From positions 85,671-149,670 of the forward strand of contig NIVC01002689.1 of the NCBI GenBank assembly GCA_002269645.1: a stretch of 64,000 nucleotides of DNA. The letters run 5' to 3'. The translations under genes were made by a program, and so were the position numbers. Position 1 is the first letter of the stretch, and every line of letters starts with the position of its first letter. Below are positions 9,920-24,900 of the stretch, piece by piece. The notes beneath the pieces were generated by a model. The model did not search any database and had not been told where the DNA came from. It saw only the letters and a program-made list of their open reading frames with translations. The DNA is from Macrostomum lignano (Eukaryota).

Positions 9920-12900
9920 TCAGCCGTGAATGTACGGCAGGAACAGCTCCTTGAGCTTCGCCTCTCGCCTATCGCCGATCTCGCGCAGTCGATCCTCGAC
10001 AACCCGATGCGCCTTGGCGCGCTTCTCGGCCACCTGCGGCAGCGTCTGCGGCGGCCGGTAATCTACCGGGTAGCGAGTGCTGGACGGAGTGCCGCCAGGC
10101 TGCACTTTTACTTTAGGCCGGTCACGCTCGTCCTGCTTATCGGCCTCATCAGTGTCTGGTTTGTCAACGATGGACGGTTTTGACGGCTGGCCGACTTCGC
10201 TGCTAGCGGCGCCGCTGCTGCTGTAGATGGTGTGCTGTCTGGCCGCCGCCCGCTGAAGCTGCAGCTCGGCGGAGGCCACAGCAGCGGTGGCTTTCAAGCC
10301 CTCCAGCTGCCAGGTGCGAGTTCGGCGTACGGCGGCGAGCACGTGACGCTCGATGTCCGTGTGAGCGCGGGATAGCAGCATCTTCTCCGCCATCTCGTCC
10401 GCGGTCTCCATCAGCGTCATCCATGGGGTGGCCATGCGAAGCTGGAAGTTTTCGGTGGGGATGGTTGAGGTACCATGGTTACTGGGAAGTGCCCATTTGT
10501 GGGGAAAAATATCCACTTGAGATGGGGAAGAGAAGATGAGGAGGGAGAAGGGAAGCTGAGGTTAATGGAGAGCGGAGATTGCGTAGGAAGGGAAGGCTGA
10601 GGGGAGGATGATGAAGAGGGGAGGCTGGGGGGTAGGATGATGGAGAGGGGAGGCTGAGGGGGTAGGATGATGGAGAGGCCGGTGAGGCTGAGGGGTAGGA
10701 TGATGGTGAGGCCGGTGAGGCTGAGGGAACTATGCAAAGCCCAACTGCGATAAGGATTTAGGAAGGTTTGTAATCCGTGATGATTTATTGCTAATGCAGA
10801 ATTAGGCACGATTTAAAATATCATCAAGTGAACAAAATAATTTCAATGAGTTTTAAAACAAAAGAATACCGATAAAATTTGTGACTATAAAACGCATGTG
10901 TTAAAATATAGATCTTATACGTGAACCGAAGTGAGATACGAGAGTACACGTACTTAAACACGTACACATACTTTTCACTGGCCAGATCGATCAACTCACT
11001 TGTCAGTTTAGTGACCACTTCGGTTCTGTACGAGTATGATCATAAAAAACAGAACTATGGACTTTACTGAAACTGCCGATATGTATCGAAAATATCTTTG
11101 AAGGCAACAAATAATTCGAATCATCCGATTCGCATCGTAAATAAATTTAAGGCTACAACTATTTCACATCAGCCGATATGTATCGTAAATAAATTCAAGG
11201 CTAAAATAAATTCGAATTAGCCGATATGTGTCGAAAAAAACTTGATGGCTGCAAAATTAATTGAACCAGCCAATATTTATCAAAATTAAATTCATGGCTA
11301 TACATTTCAAATCAATCCGATTGAAAATTTTGACATTTATTTCGAATCATCCGATATGTATCGACATCAACAAAAAACGTGGTTAAAATGATTATTAAAT
11401 ACCTGATTCCTCGGCAGTAGCAGGGGCTCCAAAGTTGACAAGCGACTCAGCTCCCTCACTGGCAGTTGCTGACCAGCCGCCAGCTCAGCGCGTTTGTTGC
11501 CTAGCAACTCTGGATCGAGCTTGTGCACCAGACTGGGGCTCTTGTGCGTTGACAGGGCGATGAGCAGCTGAAGGCACGCGTTGAGCAGCGCTCTGGATTT
11601 GATGATGAGGCATGGTGGCTTGTGTAAATTGTGTCTACCAGATGACACTATACCTGTCTAACAGGTGTCACTACACCCTGTCTAACAGGTGTCACTACAC
11701 CCTGTCTAACAGGTGACCCTAATCTAAAAAGTGACCCTCCTATCTAACAGGTGACCCTACTATCTAACAGGTTATCCTACTATCTAACAGGTGACCCTAC
11801 TATCTAACAGGTTATCCTACTATCTAACATGTGACCCTAATCTAACAAGTGGCCCCTAGTATCTAACAGGTGACCCTACTATCTAACAGGTTATCCTACT
11901 ATCTAACAGGTGACCCTAATCTAACAAGTGGCCCCTAGTATATAACAGGTGACTAATCTAATAAGTTGACCTACTATCTAACAGGTAACTAATCTAACAA
12001 GTGGCCCTACTATCTAACAGGTGACCCTACTATCTAACAGGTGATCCTACTATCTAACAAGTACTATTTAAGAGGTTATCATTCCATCTAACAGGTGACA
12101 CTCGTATCTAACACCTATCTAACAGCATCCTGTTAGACATTCCCGCCCATGTATACACATTTATTAATGGCCATCAATCTCTCTCACCTGCGCTCATTAG
12201 TCTTAGAAAAGTAGAGAAACTTCCCGAGCTCCACAAAGCCGAGCTGGCGCACCAGAGCCAAAGTTTTTGGCTGGCCTAACAGAATGCGAACAGTCAAATC
12301 CGACTGCTTCACTTGCAGCTCCTCTGCGTGTTTAGTGATTGCCAGCAGGTCGACCAGGTAGGAGATCTTCTCCTGGCTGGTTGGCAGCAGCTGGAATAGC
12401 GACTCCGTGAGTGCCGGGTGTGGAGCAATCGCTAGCAGGCTGGAGAACACGTGATAAGCGGGCAACAGCAGTCCGTCCCGGTCCCAGTGCGGGAACACGA
12501 TCAGCTGTTTCGGCGTGTCCTCGAAATCTGGCTGGAAATGGAAGCCAAGAAATCGCAGCAGGCGAACTGCCGCGGGAAAGTCAGCGAGACAGTCGGGCAG
12601 ACGGCGGTTGGCTTTGCCCGGGTTGCCAAGGAACAGCCGCTTCAGGGCGCCGTCCAGCTGCGGAGCGATGTTGGAGGCAGGGCTGTCTTGTCTCTGTGTC
12701 TCTGCCATGCCTGCCTTGTCTCTGCCATGTCTGTCTCTTGTCTCTGTGTCTCTGCCATGTCTGTCTCTTGTCTCTGTGTCTCTGCCATGTCTGTCTCTTG
12801 TCTCTGTGTCTCTGCCATGTCTGCCTTGTCTCTGCCATGTCTGTCTTGTCTCTGTGTCTCTGCCATGTCTGCCTTGTCTCTGCCATGTCTGTCTTGTCTC

Positions 12901-15900
12901 TGTGTCTCTGCCATGCCTGTCTCTTGTCTCTGTGTCTCTGCCATGTCTGTCTCTTGTCTCTGTGTCTCTGCCATGTCTGCCTTGTCTCTGCCATGTCTGT
13001 CTCTTGTCTCTGTGTCTCTGCCATGTCTGCCTTGTCTCTGCCATGTCTGTCTCTTGTCTCTGTGTCTCTGCCATGTCTGCCTTGTCTCTGCCATGTCTGT
13101 CTCTTGTCTCTGTGTCTCTGCCATGTCTGCCTTGTCTCTGCCATGTCTGCCTTGTCTCTGCCATGTCTGTCTCTTGTCTCTGTGTCTCTGCCATGTCTGC
13201 CTTGTCTCTGCCATGTCTGTCTCTTGTCTCTGTGTCTCTGCCATGTCTGCCTTGTCTCTGCCATGTCTGTCTCTTGTCTCTGTGTCTCTGCCATGTCTGC
13301 CTTGTCTCTGCCATGTCTGTCTCTTGTCTCTGTGTCTCTGCCATGTCTGCCTTGTCTCTGCCATGTCTGTCTCTTGTCTCTGTGTCTCTGCCATGTCTGC
13401 CTTGTCTCTGCCATGTCTGTCTCTTGTCTCTGTGTCTCTGCCATGTCTGTCTTGTCTCTGTGTCTCTGCCATGTCTGCCTTGTCTCTGCCATGTCTGTCT
13501 CTTGTTTCTGTGTCTCTGCCATGTCTGTCTCTTGTCTCTGTGTCTCTGCCATGTCTGTCTCTTGTCTCTGTGTCTGACATGTCTCTCTCTTTTGTCCGTC
13601 TCTCATGTCTCTCTTGTGTCTGCTTTTCTGCCATGTCTCTGTTGAGTCATTCTCGCATGTCTGATGACCCTCTGTCTTTTTCATGTGTATCTTTCACGAG
13701 TATCCTGTCTCTGCTGTGTCTACATTGTCCCTGCGATCTCTTTCCCGTCTATCTATTGTCTATTTCATATCACCCATCTCTTTTATATCATTACTGCGTC
13801 GTCTTTCATATTATTAGGGCCCTACTAACCAGAGAAGCAATTTGGTCCAAGCAGCCCGCGTGTCGCTTGTTTTCCTGCAGCACAGCCGACACCAGACTTT
13901 GCAATTCGTACATCAGAGCGGCTTCTTTTGGAACTGAAAAGTTTTTAATCCAAGTATAGAATAGTTCCTAATTAAAACAAATATTGATAAATTTAAAAAA
14001 AATTACAGGCTTCAATCCCCTAATAAATGACGTAACAATCTGACTATCAAAGCAAAATATACGATACTGCCTGCAACAGGCTACTTTTATAAGTAGCCAA
14101 GTATCGAATTTTCTATCGTCGCTGACGAAAAATCTATGGGGCATAAAAATAAAACTTTTGTTAGTAAATAATACAGGCTCAAAATTTTTGGTCTGAATTT
14201 GTCCTACATAAATATGCTATGCATGCGCAGTAAATGCTACTGACAAGCAGTAGTTTCACTCTTAGTAGAAGCGATGACTGACAAATAATAAAATCTGTGC
14301 GTTTTGTCTACAGGCGGAAAAAACAATAGAATTTGAACAAACTTGAATACACATCGACAAAAAAGACATTGATTTTTTAAAAAACAAGTTGCTTACAAGT
14401 GCATTAAATTATACCCTCATAATTAACCACGCTTGGCCTCATTGTTGTGCAGTGGCATCTAATGATTTAAATTATTAATTTTTACCCTCTTTCTCCAGAA
14501 CAAAGATTTCCTCTTCAGTGTCCTTTGGCGGTTCGACTTTTCAAGTTGGCAATGTGGAAATGAGGTGTTAAAACAATTAGCAGATACCCTCACTGTGGCA
14601 TCAAATTTTAATATAGTAATAATCGTATTACACAAAAGTAAAATATAACTTTAATATTCGTATATTACTCGAACCTGTCACTCTATGGGGGCGGATCACT
14701 CAAACCTTCAGTCACTCTATGGGGGCGGATCACTCAAACCTTCAGTCACTCTATGGGGGCGGATCACTCAAACCTTTATCAGTCACTCTATGGGGCGGAT
14801 CACTCAAACCTTCAGTCACTCTATGGGGGCGGATCACTCAAACCTTCATCAGTCACTCTATGGGGCGGATCACTCAAACCTTCAGTCACTCTATGGGGGC
14901 GGATCACTCAAACCTTCAGTCACTCTATGGGGGCGGATCACTCAAACCTTCAGTCACTCTATGGGGCGGATCACTCAAACCTTTATCAGTCACTCTATGG
15001 GGCGGATCACTCAAACCTTCAGTCACTCTATGGGGGCGGATCACTCAAACCTTTATCAGTCACTCTATGGGGCGGATCACTCAAACCTTTATCAGTCCCT
15101 CTATGGGGGCGGATCACTCAAACCAGTCACTCTATGGGGGCGGACCACTCAAACCAGTCACTCAATGGGGCGGACCACTCAAACCAGTCACTCTATGGGG
15201 GCGGATCACTCAAACCAGTCACTCTATGGGGCGGATCACTCAAACCTGTCAATTGGCTAAGACCAACGCAGTTGGCTAAAATACTCACATTTCTCCTTAT
15301 CGGAGTCATCGTTGAGCAGTTCCCTTGCTCCATCCTGAGCCTCCACGGCGTCAATAGTTTGAGACAGTTGAGCTGACCGAATGTCGGCCAAGTTGATGAC
15401 TAAATCCTTTCCGTAAAGTCGAATAGCGCCTTGAACACTTGGAGCAGCAAATCTGGATGGAGTATATCAATATTGCTACTGAGTTAGTAGCGTGATGAAA
15501 CGACCACTATGATAAAACACTCCAACAAACTCTGAGTGGGAGGCTCATTGTATTTTTGCTTAGGTAGCAATTACACAACTAAATAACTAAACTACCTACT
15601 AAAAGTAGAAATACGCGCAAATAACAACCTATATTCTAAGCAATCTACTAAGAGTAGAAATACGCAAAAATTAGAACCTAAATTCAAAAAACAAAACAAA
15701 AACAAAAAACTCACTCTTCTATCTCCGCCATTTCGCGCAGCGCACTCCGCGCCGCAGCGCCAACGCTAGCGCGTCCCCACTGTAGCGCCAGATAGAACTG
15801 GCGCCAAAATTCAGCAAGCGCTTTGCCAGGCAGAGGCCAAGCCAGACAAAGGACGCATTGAGCTCCCAGTGACAGAAGCAAATTTGGCAGCAGAGAATCT

Positions 15901-18872
15901 TCTTCTTTTGAAGCGGCTAAATCGTCTGCACTGTCCTGCGCAGCTGTGGCGGTTTTGCCTCCGGGTTTGGCCGCCGCTGCAGGCACAGGTGCTGAGTTGG
16001 TTGCCCAGCCACAGCTGAGCACAATCAGACCTGAGTAAAGCAAACCAATTGAAATCTTTGTTTTGTTTCAATTAGTTAATGGGCGCTAAATGATTGTGGC
16101 ACTAAAATAAGAGTCTGGCGCTAAAATAAGAGCCTATGGCGCTAAACTGAGAGCCTGTGGCGCTAACATGAGAGCCTGTGGAGCTAAAACGAGAGTCTGT
16201 GGCGCTAAAATGAGAAACTTTGGCGCTAAAAAAGCGCTCAAACCTTACCAGCTCGAAGTCGACCGCACTGCAGCAGGTCACTCGGTTTCACGAGATAACT
16301 GGCCTCGTCCGCCTCTACTTCCTTTGTCGTTTTACTTTTATCTCCAGAGACAGATTTTGTTGCTGAAGCACTCTTTGATGCAACAACATCGCCGTCATTG
16401 AGTCGCTGGCGTGTTGGATTTGGCGCCAAAGCGAAGTAGCCGCGTCTTAGGCAAGCGTAGGTTGCTGTAAGAAAAGTTTTAAAACGAACTGTACATCTAG
16501 TGTACATCTAGAAACCTTAAACCTCTTCCCCTAGTGTACATTGAGCCCAGCTCATCTACTAGGCCTTTAAGGCTTTGGGTGTACATTTGACTTTTTATGA
16601 CTTTTAAAGTTAGCGCAAGTCAAACTCCGCTCGTTTAAAATTAGCTCCTTTGCTCGCGTGCTCTGTGTTTACTAAAGAGCTGCCTCACCACGTTCACCAA
16701 CCCACCCCCATCCTTTCTACTTTCACCCAAAAAACCACTAGCGCTAACTCCCAATGTACATTCATTCGCTGTACAATAAGCGAACAATAACGCTTGCTTT
16801 TCTATCCAAGTGTACGCGTAAAAATAGCCTCCGATAACAGGGAGAGACTCCGATTTCTTTAATTTGTAGCAGACGATAAGAAGTTGATCTTAAAACTGAA
16901 CTAGCGCATGAATCAAAGCAAACAAACACCAACCAATATGCATAACAGTAGCAGTCTGCAGTTCGCGAAGGAACACATCTTTAGTGGCGTCCTCGCCTTC
17001 GATTGGACAAACTTCGCACATCTCGCCGACCAGCAATAGTTCAGCGTGTGCCTGCTGCATTTGACTAACCGTTGTCCAAGGCTCGCCGTCGACCGTCAAA
17101 CTGAAAAATTGCGGGTTTTAATTCGAATTATTAATAAATCAATCGATGTTTGTTAAACTTAAATCATACCAAGTTCGAATTCGCTCAAAAGTGGACATTT
17201 TAACAATAAACTATTCATATTAAGCGTGATAAACGTCTTTAGTAGCGGCCGTAAACCCACAGCAAGAAATAGCGTTTAAAACAAGCGTCATTAAAACAAG
17301 TGTTCTATTTTGGCGCCAATTTAAATTTCAATAAACTTTTAATTCGACGATCGCAGGCCAAGTTGGAAGATTTCCATTGGCCGATGCGAAATGCTGCGGT
17401 TTAACTAACAATAGAATTTTTATTTTTCCGGAAAAATGCTCACTGTTTCGGCAGCTTCGGGTTTCCAACAACGACGCACTTCTCCGGGTCGCTAATTTGT
17501 CGGAAAGGCGTCACAAACAGGGCAGAGGTGGCCACGTCCGTGTCAGTCGCAGTTCGAGTCGTCACCACGGTCACGGTGTCCGCTACTCGAGTTCGAGTCT
17601 TCAATCTGGCTTGTTGAGTAAAGTGAATACCCGATGAGGCTTCAAATCCGCTGTCTGGCGCCTGCGGACGACGGGAGCCGACCTGCGGTTGGAGCGACGA
17701 CGAAGTCGGCTGCTTTGTCGGCGAGCTGACAGCCACCGCGGCACCGGCCTTTGACGATGAAACTCGAAGCAGATGCGGGTTGGATAGCTGAGGGTGAGGA
17801 AAAGTGGGTCAATCTCCTCACAGCAGGTCAATGTCGTCACAGTGGGTCAGTGTCACAGTGGGTCAGTGTCACAGTGGGTCACAGTGGGTCAGTGTCCCAG
17901 TGGGTCAGTGTCCCATTGGGTCAGTGTCCCATTGGGTCAGTGTCCCAGTGGGTCAGTGTCGCAGTGGGTCAGTGTCTCAGTGGGTCAGTGTCTCAGTGGG
18001 TCAGTGTCGCAGTGGGTCAGTGCAGTCGTCACAGTGGGTCAGTGTCGCAGTGGGTCAGTGCAGTCGTCACAGTGGGTCAGTGCAGTCGTCACAGTGGGTC
18101 AGTTTTGTCTCAATGGGTCAGGGTAAGTGGGTCAACGTCGCAAAGGTTACATAGAAGAATGCTCTGCTCTCACCTGTCTATGATTCAGAGACGGCGCCTT
18201 CTCAACCTCAAAATTTGCTTCTTCTTTTCCACCGCTGTCCTCTGGATCGGCAAAATTAACGCCAGGCGTTGCTATGGAAACCTTCTTGACGCCGACTGTT
18301 TTCTTAGAATCTTTTTTGGATTTTTTATCAGGCATGGACGGCTCAAACGATACGGTTGCTCCTCGCTTCTCCCTGTCGGTGTCTGCAGCTTTGTATCGCT
18401 CGGAATCTTGTGGCAGCAGCATTGTTGATTGATTGACAGGTCTGGGACTGGTGTTGCCTCCCCGCCTGACCAGCTGGCGCTCGAATTCGACATCCTCATC
18501 GACTCTGAGTCTGTCTAACTCGCTGTTGATTGCGCAGTCCAGGTGCCACAGACTGCTAGCGCGGAATAGCGGCGCCGATAAGGCGTCAAATACTGGCGCC
18601 AATTCGAATGGTAGGCTGGCCAGCTCGTGGTCGTCGGTTACTATGGTGACGGCAGTGTCTGGTGGCAGGCTTTGAAGACGCTCGTGAATTGTGCCGCCTC
18701 CCAGTAGCATTCGGTAGAGTTGGTGCAGCGGCTCCAGGGGAGACTGCGTAGGGACAAAATAAGCTTTGGTTTATGATTGGCTTGGAGGCTTCAAATTGAA
18801 TAAAGTGATGGTAAATATGAGGCATTCGAGTGTATACTAGAGAAGACATGGGGTTGGTCAATTGTTCATTGG

Positions 18873-18914
<42 letters not shown>

Positions 18915-21900
18915 TGGTCAAGTGTACACTGGAGAACAGAGAGAGATGAAGAGTTGGTCGAGTGTACACTGGAGAAGAGAGAGTGTGTTTGTCGAGTGTA
19001 CACTGAAGAAGAGAGAGGAGGGGTTGGTCGAGTGCACACTGGAGAAGAGAGAGGGGTTGGTCGAGTGTACACTGGAGAAAAGAGAGAGGGGAGGGTTTGT
19101 CAAGTGTACACTGAAGAAGAGAGAGGAGGGGTTGGTAGAGTGTACACTGAAGAAGAGAGAGGAGGGGTTGGTAGAGTGTACACTGGAGAAGAGAGAGAGA
19201 GGAGGGTTTGTCAAGTGTACACTGGAGAAGAGAGAGAGAGGAGGGGTTGGTCGAGTGCACACTGGAGAAGAGAGAGGGGTTGGTCTAGTGTACACTGGAG
19301 AAAAGAGAGAGAGGAGGGTTTGTCAAGTGTACACTGGAGAAGAGAGAGAGAGGAGGGGTTGGTCGAGTGCACACTGGAGAAGAGAGAGGGGTTGGTCTAG
19401 TGTACACTGGAGAAAAGAGAGAGAGGAGGGTTTGTCAAGTGTACACTGGAGAAGACAGAGGAGGGGTTGGTCGAGTGTACACTGGAGAAGAGAGAGGGGG
19501 TTTGTCAAGTGTACACTGGAGAAGAGAGAGAGACGAGGGGTTGGTCGAGTGTACATGTACAACGGAAAAGAGAAGAAAGATTAGTCAAGTAAGAAACAAG
19601 AGGGCCTATCAAGTGAGGGCTTGTTAGCCAAGTGAACACCCTATAGAGTAAGGATTAGTTTCTAAAATAGAAAAAATCACTTACACCCTCGCTCCCAGAT
19701 TCATCTTTCTTAGCCGCAGCCTCCGCCTCGTCAAACAGTCGCTCCGCTTCGGCCCTCCGATGCGCGGTCGACAGGGCTTCGTAGCGCCTTCGCTGGCACT
19801 TCAGGCGACCCCGAGACTCGGGCAGACGCCGACCCTCGGCAAAGTATCTGAGCCTCTGCCGATCGACCCACCGGTCGTACAGTTGAGCAGTCAATAATTT
19901 CAAACGCCTGCCGCTGAAACCCTTGGAGCTGGTCCGGTGGTCCACTGCGGTCAGACCGCGGCCGGGTTCGAGAAGCCACACCAGACAACCGTCGGTAGTG
20001 AGGCTCAGACAGAGGACTATTGTAGATTGCAGATCCACCTGTGGATTTGGAGTGAAAGAGACATTGTGACATAGTGACAAAAGTCGATGAGAAAAAACAC
20101 ATTGTCTTTGGAACAATAAAATCATTTGGATTATGAGTCGTAGGGACAGAGTCATAAGGCAGCGTCATAGGGACAGTAATAGAGACAAAGTGAGTCACAG
20201 TGACAGAGTCATAGGGACAGAGTAATATGGACAAAGAGTCATAGAGACAAAGTGAGTCACAGTGACAAAGAATCATAGGAACAAGGAATCATAGGGACAA
20301 AGAGTCATAGGAACAAAGAGAGTCATAGGGACAAAGAGTCATGGGGACAAAGAGTCATAGGGACAAAGAGTCATAGGAACAAAGAGTCATAGGGACAAAG
20401 AGTCATAGAGACAAATAGTCATAGGAACAAAGAGTCATAGGGACAAATAGTCATAGGAACAAAGAGTAGGGACAAAGAGTCATAGAGACAAATAGTCATA
20501 GGAACAAAGAGTCATAGGGACAAAGAGTCATAGAGACAAATAGTCATAAGGACAAAGAGTCATAGAGATAAATAGTCATAGGGACAAAGAGAGTCACAGG
20601 GACAAAGAGTCATAGGAACAAGGAATCATAGGGACAAAGAGTCATAGGAACAAAGAGAGTCATAGGGACAAAGAGTCATAGGGACAAAGAGTCATAGGGA
20701 CAAAGAGTCATAGGGACAAAGAGTCATAGGAACAAAGAGTCATAGGGACAAAGAGTCATAGAGACAAATAGTCATAGGGACAAAGAGTCATAGGGACAAA
20801 GAGTCATAGAGACAAATAGTCATAGGGACAAAGAGTCATAGGGACAAAGAGTCATAGGAACAAAGAGTAGGGACAAAGAGTCATAGAGACAAAGAGTCAC
20901 AGGAACAAAGAGTGTTCTCTCACAGTCCGCCTCAGCCGGTCCATATCCCAATTGAGGCGCAGTCGAAGTCGCTCTTTCCCTCGATGATCATCGATTAGCG
21001 ACAACCCGCCACCACCGCCGCCGCCGCCGAGGCCGTCGAATCGATCCGATGACAGCAGCGACTGCCTGCCAGCCAGGTGGTGGCTGAGGCTTCGTTGCCT
21101 GGCCGCTTCAGAGGCCAGCAACGCGCGGTCGAACTTGCCCCGTTTAGCCGCCGAGTTGGCCAAGCCAAAATAGCAACGGCGCAGATCGCGAAGTAGATCC
21201 CCAGGCGCCGGCGCGTCCCATGGCCGGGGCCGATCGAGACCGCGCTCCAGGTTCGGCAGCAGCTGGTAGAACAGGCGCTCGGCCTGCGCAAGCGCGAGAT
21301 AAGGGAGTTTCAAAATGATTGGTCAGGCTTTCTAGGAGAAAATCCCCATCTAAATCCACATCTGAATCTCTCTCTAAATCCCATCTGAATCCCCATCCAA
21401 AGCCCCATCTAAATCCCCATTTGAATCCCCATTCGAATCCTCATTCAAATCCCCATCTAAATCTCCATCCAAATCCCTATCCGAATCCCCATCCAAATCT
21501 CCATCCAAATCCCCATCTGAAACCCCAGCAAAATCCCCATGAACTCCGGATTTGAGTTCAGTTCTCAAAAGCCTCAGAGAAGCACAGTGGACTCACAATA
21601 TCGAGAGCTTCAGGTGATGAAGACATCTGATGAATGACGGCCACCTGCAGTTGCACCGACTGCAGCTGGTCGCTGCTGACCGCGGAGTCAGCCTCCGCAA
21701 TCTCCAGACACCGCTCGAAATGGTACAGGGCCCGCTGAGGCCGGTCGGCGCTGAGGTGAGTCTCTCCGATCTTCACCTCGGCCAGCAGCTTCATCTCCGG
21801 CCTGATAGCGGCTCTGCCAGCTTCCGCAAACGAATCCACGGCCGAATCGAATTTGCCCAGCAGGCGGAGGCTGTCGCCGCTGGCCAGATGGGCGCGTGCG

Positions 21901-24900
21901 AGGGCGTCGCGGTCATCGCAACGGCGACTGTTGATGATCTGGAGGGGGAGCATAGGGATTAGTGTGGAAATTTAAAAACAAGTAAATATTTGCGGATTTG
22001 TTGGCACCTTGGCGAAACACCTTCGATGACTGTGTCTTACAACCAACGCTGAGGCGATTCTGTCCATTCCGCTGACTCACTCTACTGAGATGGAAGATCC
22101 AAGAGCTGAGAGAGATAAGAGAGATAGGAGACAGGTGAGAGAGATAGGCGAGATAAGAGACAGGTGAGAGAGATAGGCGAGATAAGAGACAGGTGAGAGA
22201 GATAGGCGAGATAAGAGACAGGTGAGAGAGATAAGATAGATAAGAGACAGGTGAGAGAGATAATATAGATAAGAGACAGGTGAGAGAGATAAGAGATAAG
22301 ATACAGGTGTAAGAGATAAAAGATAAAGGAAAGCTGAGAGAGAGATAAGAGACAGATGAGAGGGATAAGAGAGATAAGAGATAAAATATTGGTGTAAGAG
22401 ATAAAATATAAAGGACAGGTGTGAGAGATAAGAGACAGATGAGAGAGATAAGAGACAGGTGAGAGAGATAAGAGAGATAACAGACAGGTGAGAGAGATAA
22501 GAGAGATAACAGACAGGTGAGAGAGATAAGAGAGATAACAGACAGGTGAGAGAGATAAGAGAGATAACAGACAGGTACTATCAATATGCCGATAGAGAAA
22601 AGATAAGAACACGCAAGTCAAATCACCTGCTGTTCGTGATAAGCGGCCGACAATCCAGCATTCCTCAGCTCGGCCATCACGCTGCCCAGCAGTCCTTGGC
22701 AGCTGGCCAGCAGACTTGGATCGCCAACTTTCCTGGCATGTTTCAGCGCCTCCTCCAGCGACGATTTGGCCAGCTCAGGCTGGCCGGCTCTGAGCAGAGC
22801 CAGGCCGAAATTCGATCTGCACTGGGCCTGCATTTGAGCAGCTGCCGCCGACTGCTCAGCCGCGGAGACGCTCAGCTCAGCGTAGCGCTTCGACTCGTCC
22901 AGATTGCCAAGAGTGGCACAGCAGATGCTCAAGTTGAGCAATAAGCCACATTCAAGTTCGGGCGACCAGTCATCTCCATTGATCACAGCTTTGTCCTGTC
23001 TCAGGTCCAATAGGCGCTGGTAATAGGCGGTTGCCTTGGCAACATTATCGCTGTGCAGGTGCATAGTGGCCAGGCTGACCAAGCACTTGATCTGGTAGCT
23101 GCTGTCGTGCACTTCTGTGGCCACCTGAGCATTTCGTGGGTTTTGGATTTTCTTGGCAAAATTTACAAGCTATAAAATTTGCGCTATATCTGGTGTCTAT
23201 GGGGCGCTAAATCCGGTGTCTATATGGCGCTAAATCCGATGTCTATATGGCGCTAAATCCGGTGTTTGTATGGCGCTAAATCCGATGTCTAAATGGCGCT
23301 AAATCTGGTGTTTGTATGGCGCTAAATCAAATATCTAATAAGGCGCCAAATCGAGTGTCTAAAGGGCGCCAAATCAAATATCGAATAGGGCGCCAAATCC
23401 AGTGTCTAATTGGGCGCCAAATCCCGTGTCTAATAGGGCGCCAAATATCGAGTGTCTAATAGGGCGCCAAATATCGAGTGTCTAATAGGGTGCCAAATCA
23501 AGTGTCTAATAGAGCGCCAAATATCGAGTGTCTAATAGGGCGCCAAATATCGAGTGTCTAATAGGGTGCCAAATCAAGTGTCTAATAGAGCGCCAAATAT
23601 CGAGTGTCTAATAGGGCGCCAAATCAATTGTCTAATAGGGCGCCAAATATCGAGTGTCTAATAGGGCGGCAAATCAATTGTCTAATAGGGCGCCAAATCA
23701 AGTGTCTAATAGGGCGCCAAATATTTAGTGTCTAATAGGGCGCCAAATATCGAGTATCTAATAGGGCCCCAAATATCGAGTGTCTAATTGGGCGCCAAAT
23801 CGAGTGTCTAATAGGGCGCCAAATATCGAGTGTCTAATAGGGCGCCAAATCCAGTACCTAATAGGGCGCCAACTCAATCATATTTATACGAGTAGTATAT
23901 TTACTTTTAAACACTCCGTGTACAGCTCGATAGCCACTTCGGAGTACTTTCTGCTGGCGTAAGAGTTAGCCAAAGAAAGCAACATTAGCATTCGAAGTCC
24001 CAGCTGTTCAGTTTCGTAAGTCTGCGCAACTTCTAACAGTTGGATGGCCAAGTGCTGGCGTCCTTCTTTAGAGGCGAGCACTCCAATCTGGCACAGGAAG
24101 TTGAATATTTCGAGATCTGCGGAAATTAAAATATAGTTTATAGTATTGGAGATGCAATGCTAATCAGCGGTAAGCTAGGGAAAAAAGAGTAGGAATAGCC
24201 GATCAGCGTTGAGCCAAATACGGTGGACTCATAGCAGATTAACTCACTCTTCATCGCGTCGAGCTGCTCAGCTGTATGAGGCAGCATCCGTCTGAACGAC
24301 AAAAGCAGCGAAGTCTTGACTCGCGGCAGATTGCAATCGTCTAGACTGAGGCAGCGAATGTTGTGCAGGATGGCTTCGTCGTTGCGTTCCAGTTTGCGAA
24401 GTATGGCACTTCGAAAGCAGCAAGTCTGTTGGTTGGGCATGAGTTTTAAGTTTGCTCTGAATCTGTTTAACAAATAATTCTATGACAGCTAGATAATGAT
24501 GAAAAAGGAACTGGCTGTTTTAGGCAGCCAATCAGCGACGAGATGGGGTTAGAAAAGAATTTGTCGATCCAGACAGCCAATAAGCGACGAGATGAGGGTT
24601 GGAAAAGAATTTGTCGATCCAGTCAGCCAATCGGCGACGAGATGGGGTTAGAAAAGAATTTGTCGATCCAGACAGCCAATCAGCGACGAGATGGAGGTTA
24701 GAAAAAATAGTCGCTTCAGACAGCCTAAGATATGCATATTAATAATATGCATAAGATTTATGGAAGAGCTACTATTTAGTCTAATTAATTAGTAATTCTT
24801 CATCACCTCGCAGCTAAACTGCTCAACAGACGCTGCCTGCTCCGCATCGGACAGAGCTGTCTCGAAATCGCCCAGCTGGCAGTAAAGCTGAGCTCTCAGA

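Noticed and set aside
11070-11370. Repeat-spacer pattern suggestive of a CRISPR array (also 42220-42560)
   Set aside because: Core is only ~16 bp, spacers are related AT-rich sequence, it lies in spliceosomal introns, and no cas genes are present.
12411-13959. Six overlapping 330-500-aa ORFs on both strands
   Set aside because: Intron 15 minisatellite; only 12188-12657 and 13830-13933 are true exons.
14685-15376. Three-frame repetitive ORFs
   Set aside because: 34-bp intronic array on the strand opposite the gene.
18862-19627. CTLEKRE / RVYTGEE repeat ORFs
   Set aside because: GA-rich intronic minisatellite.
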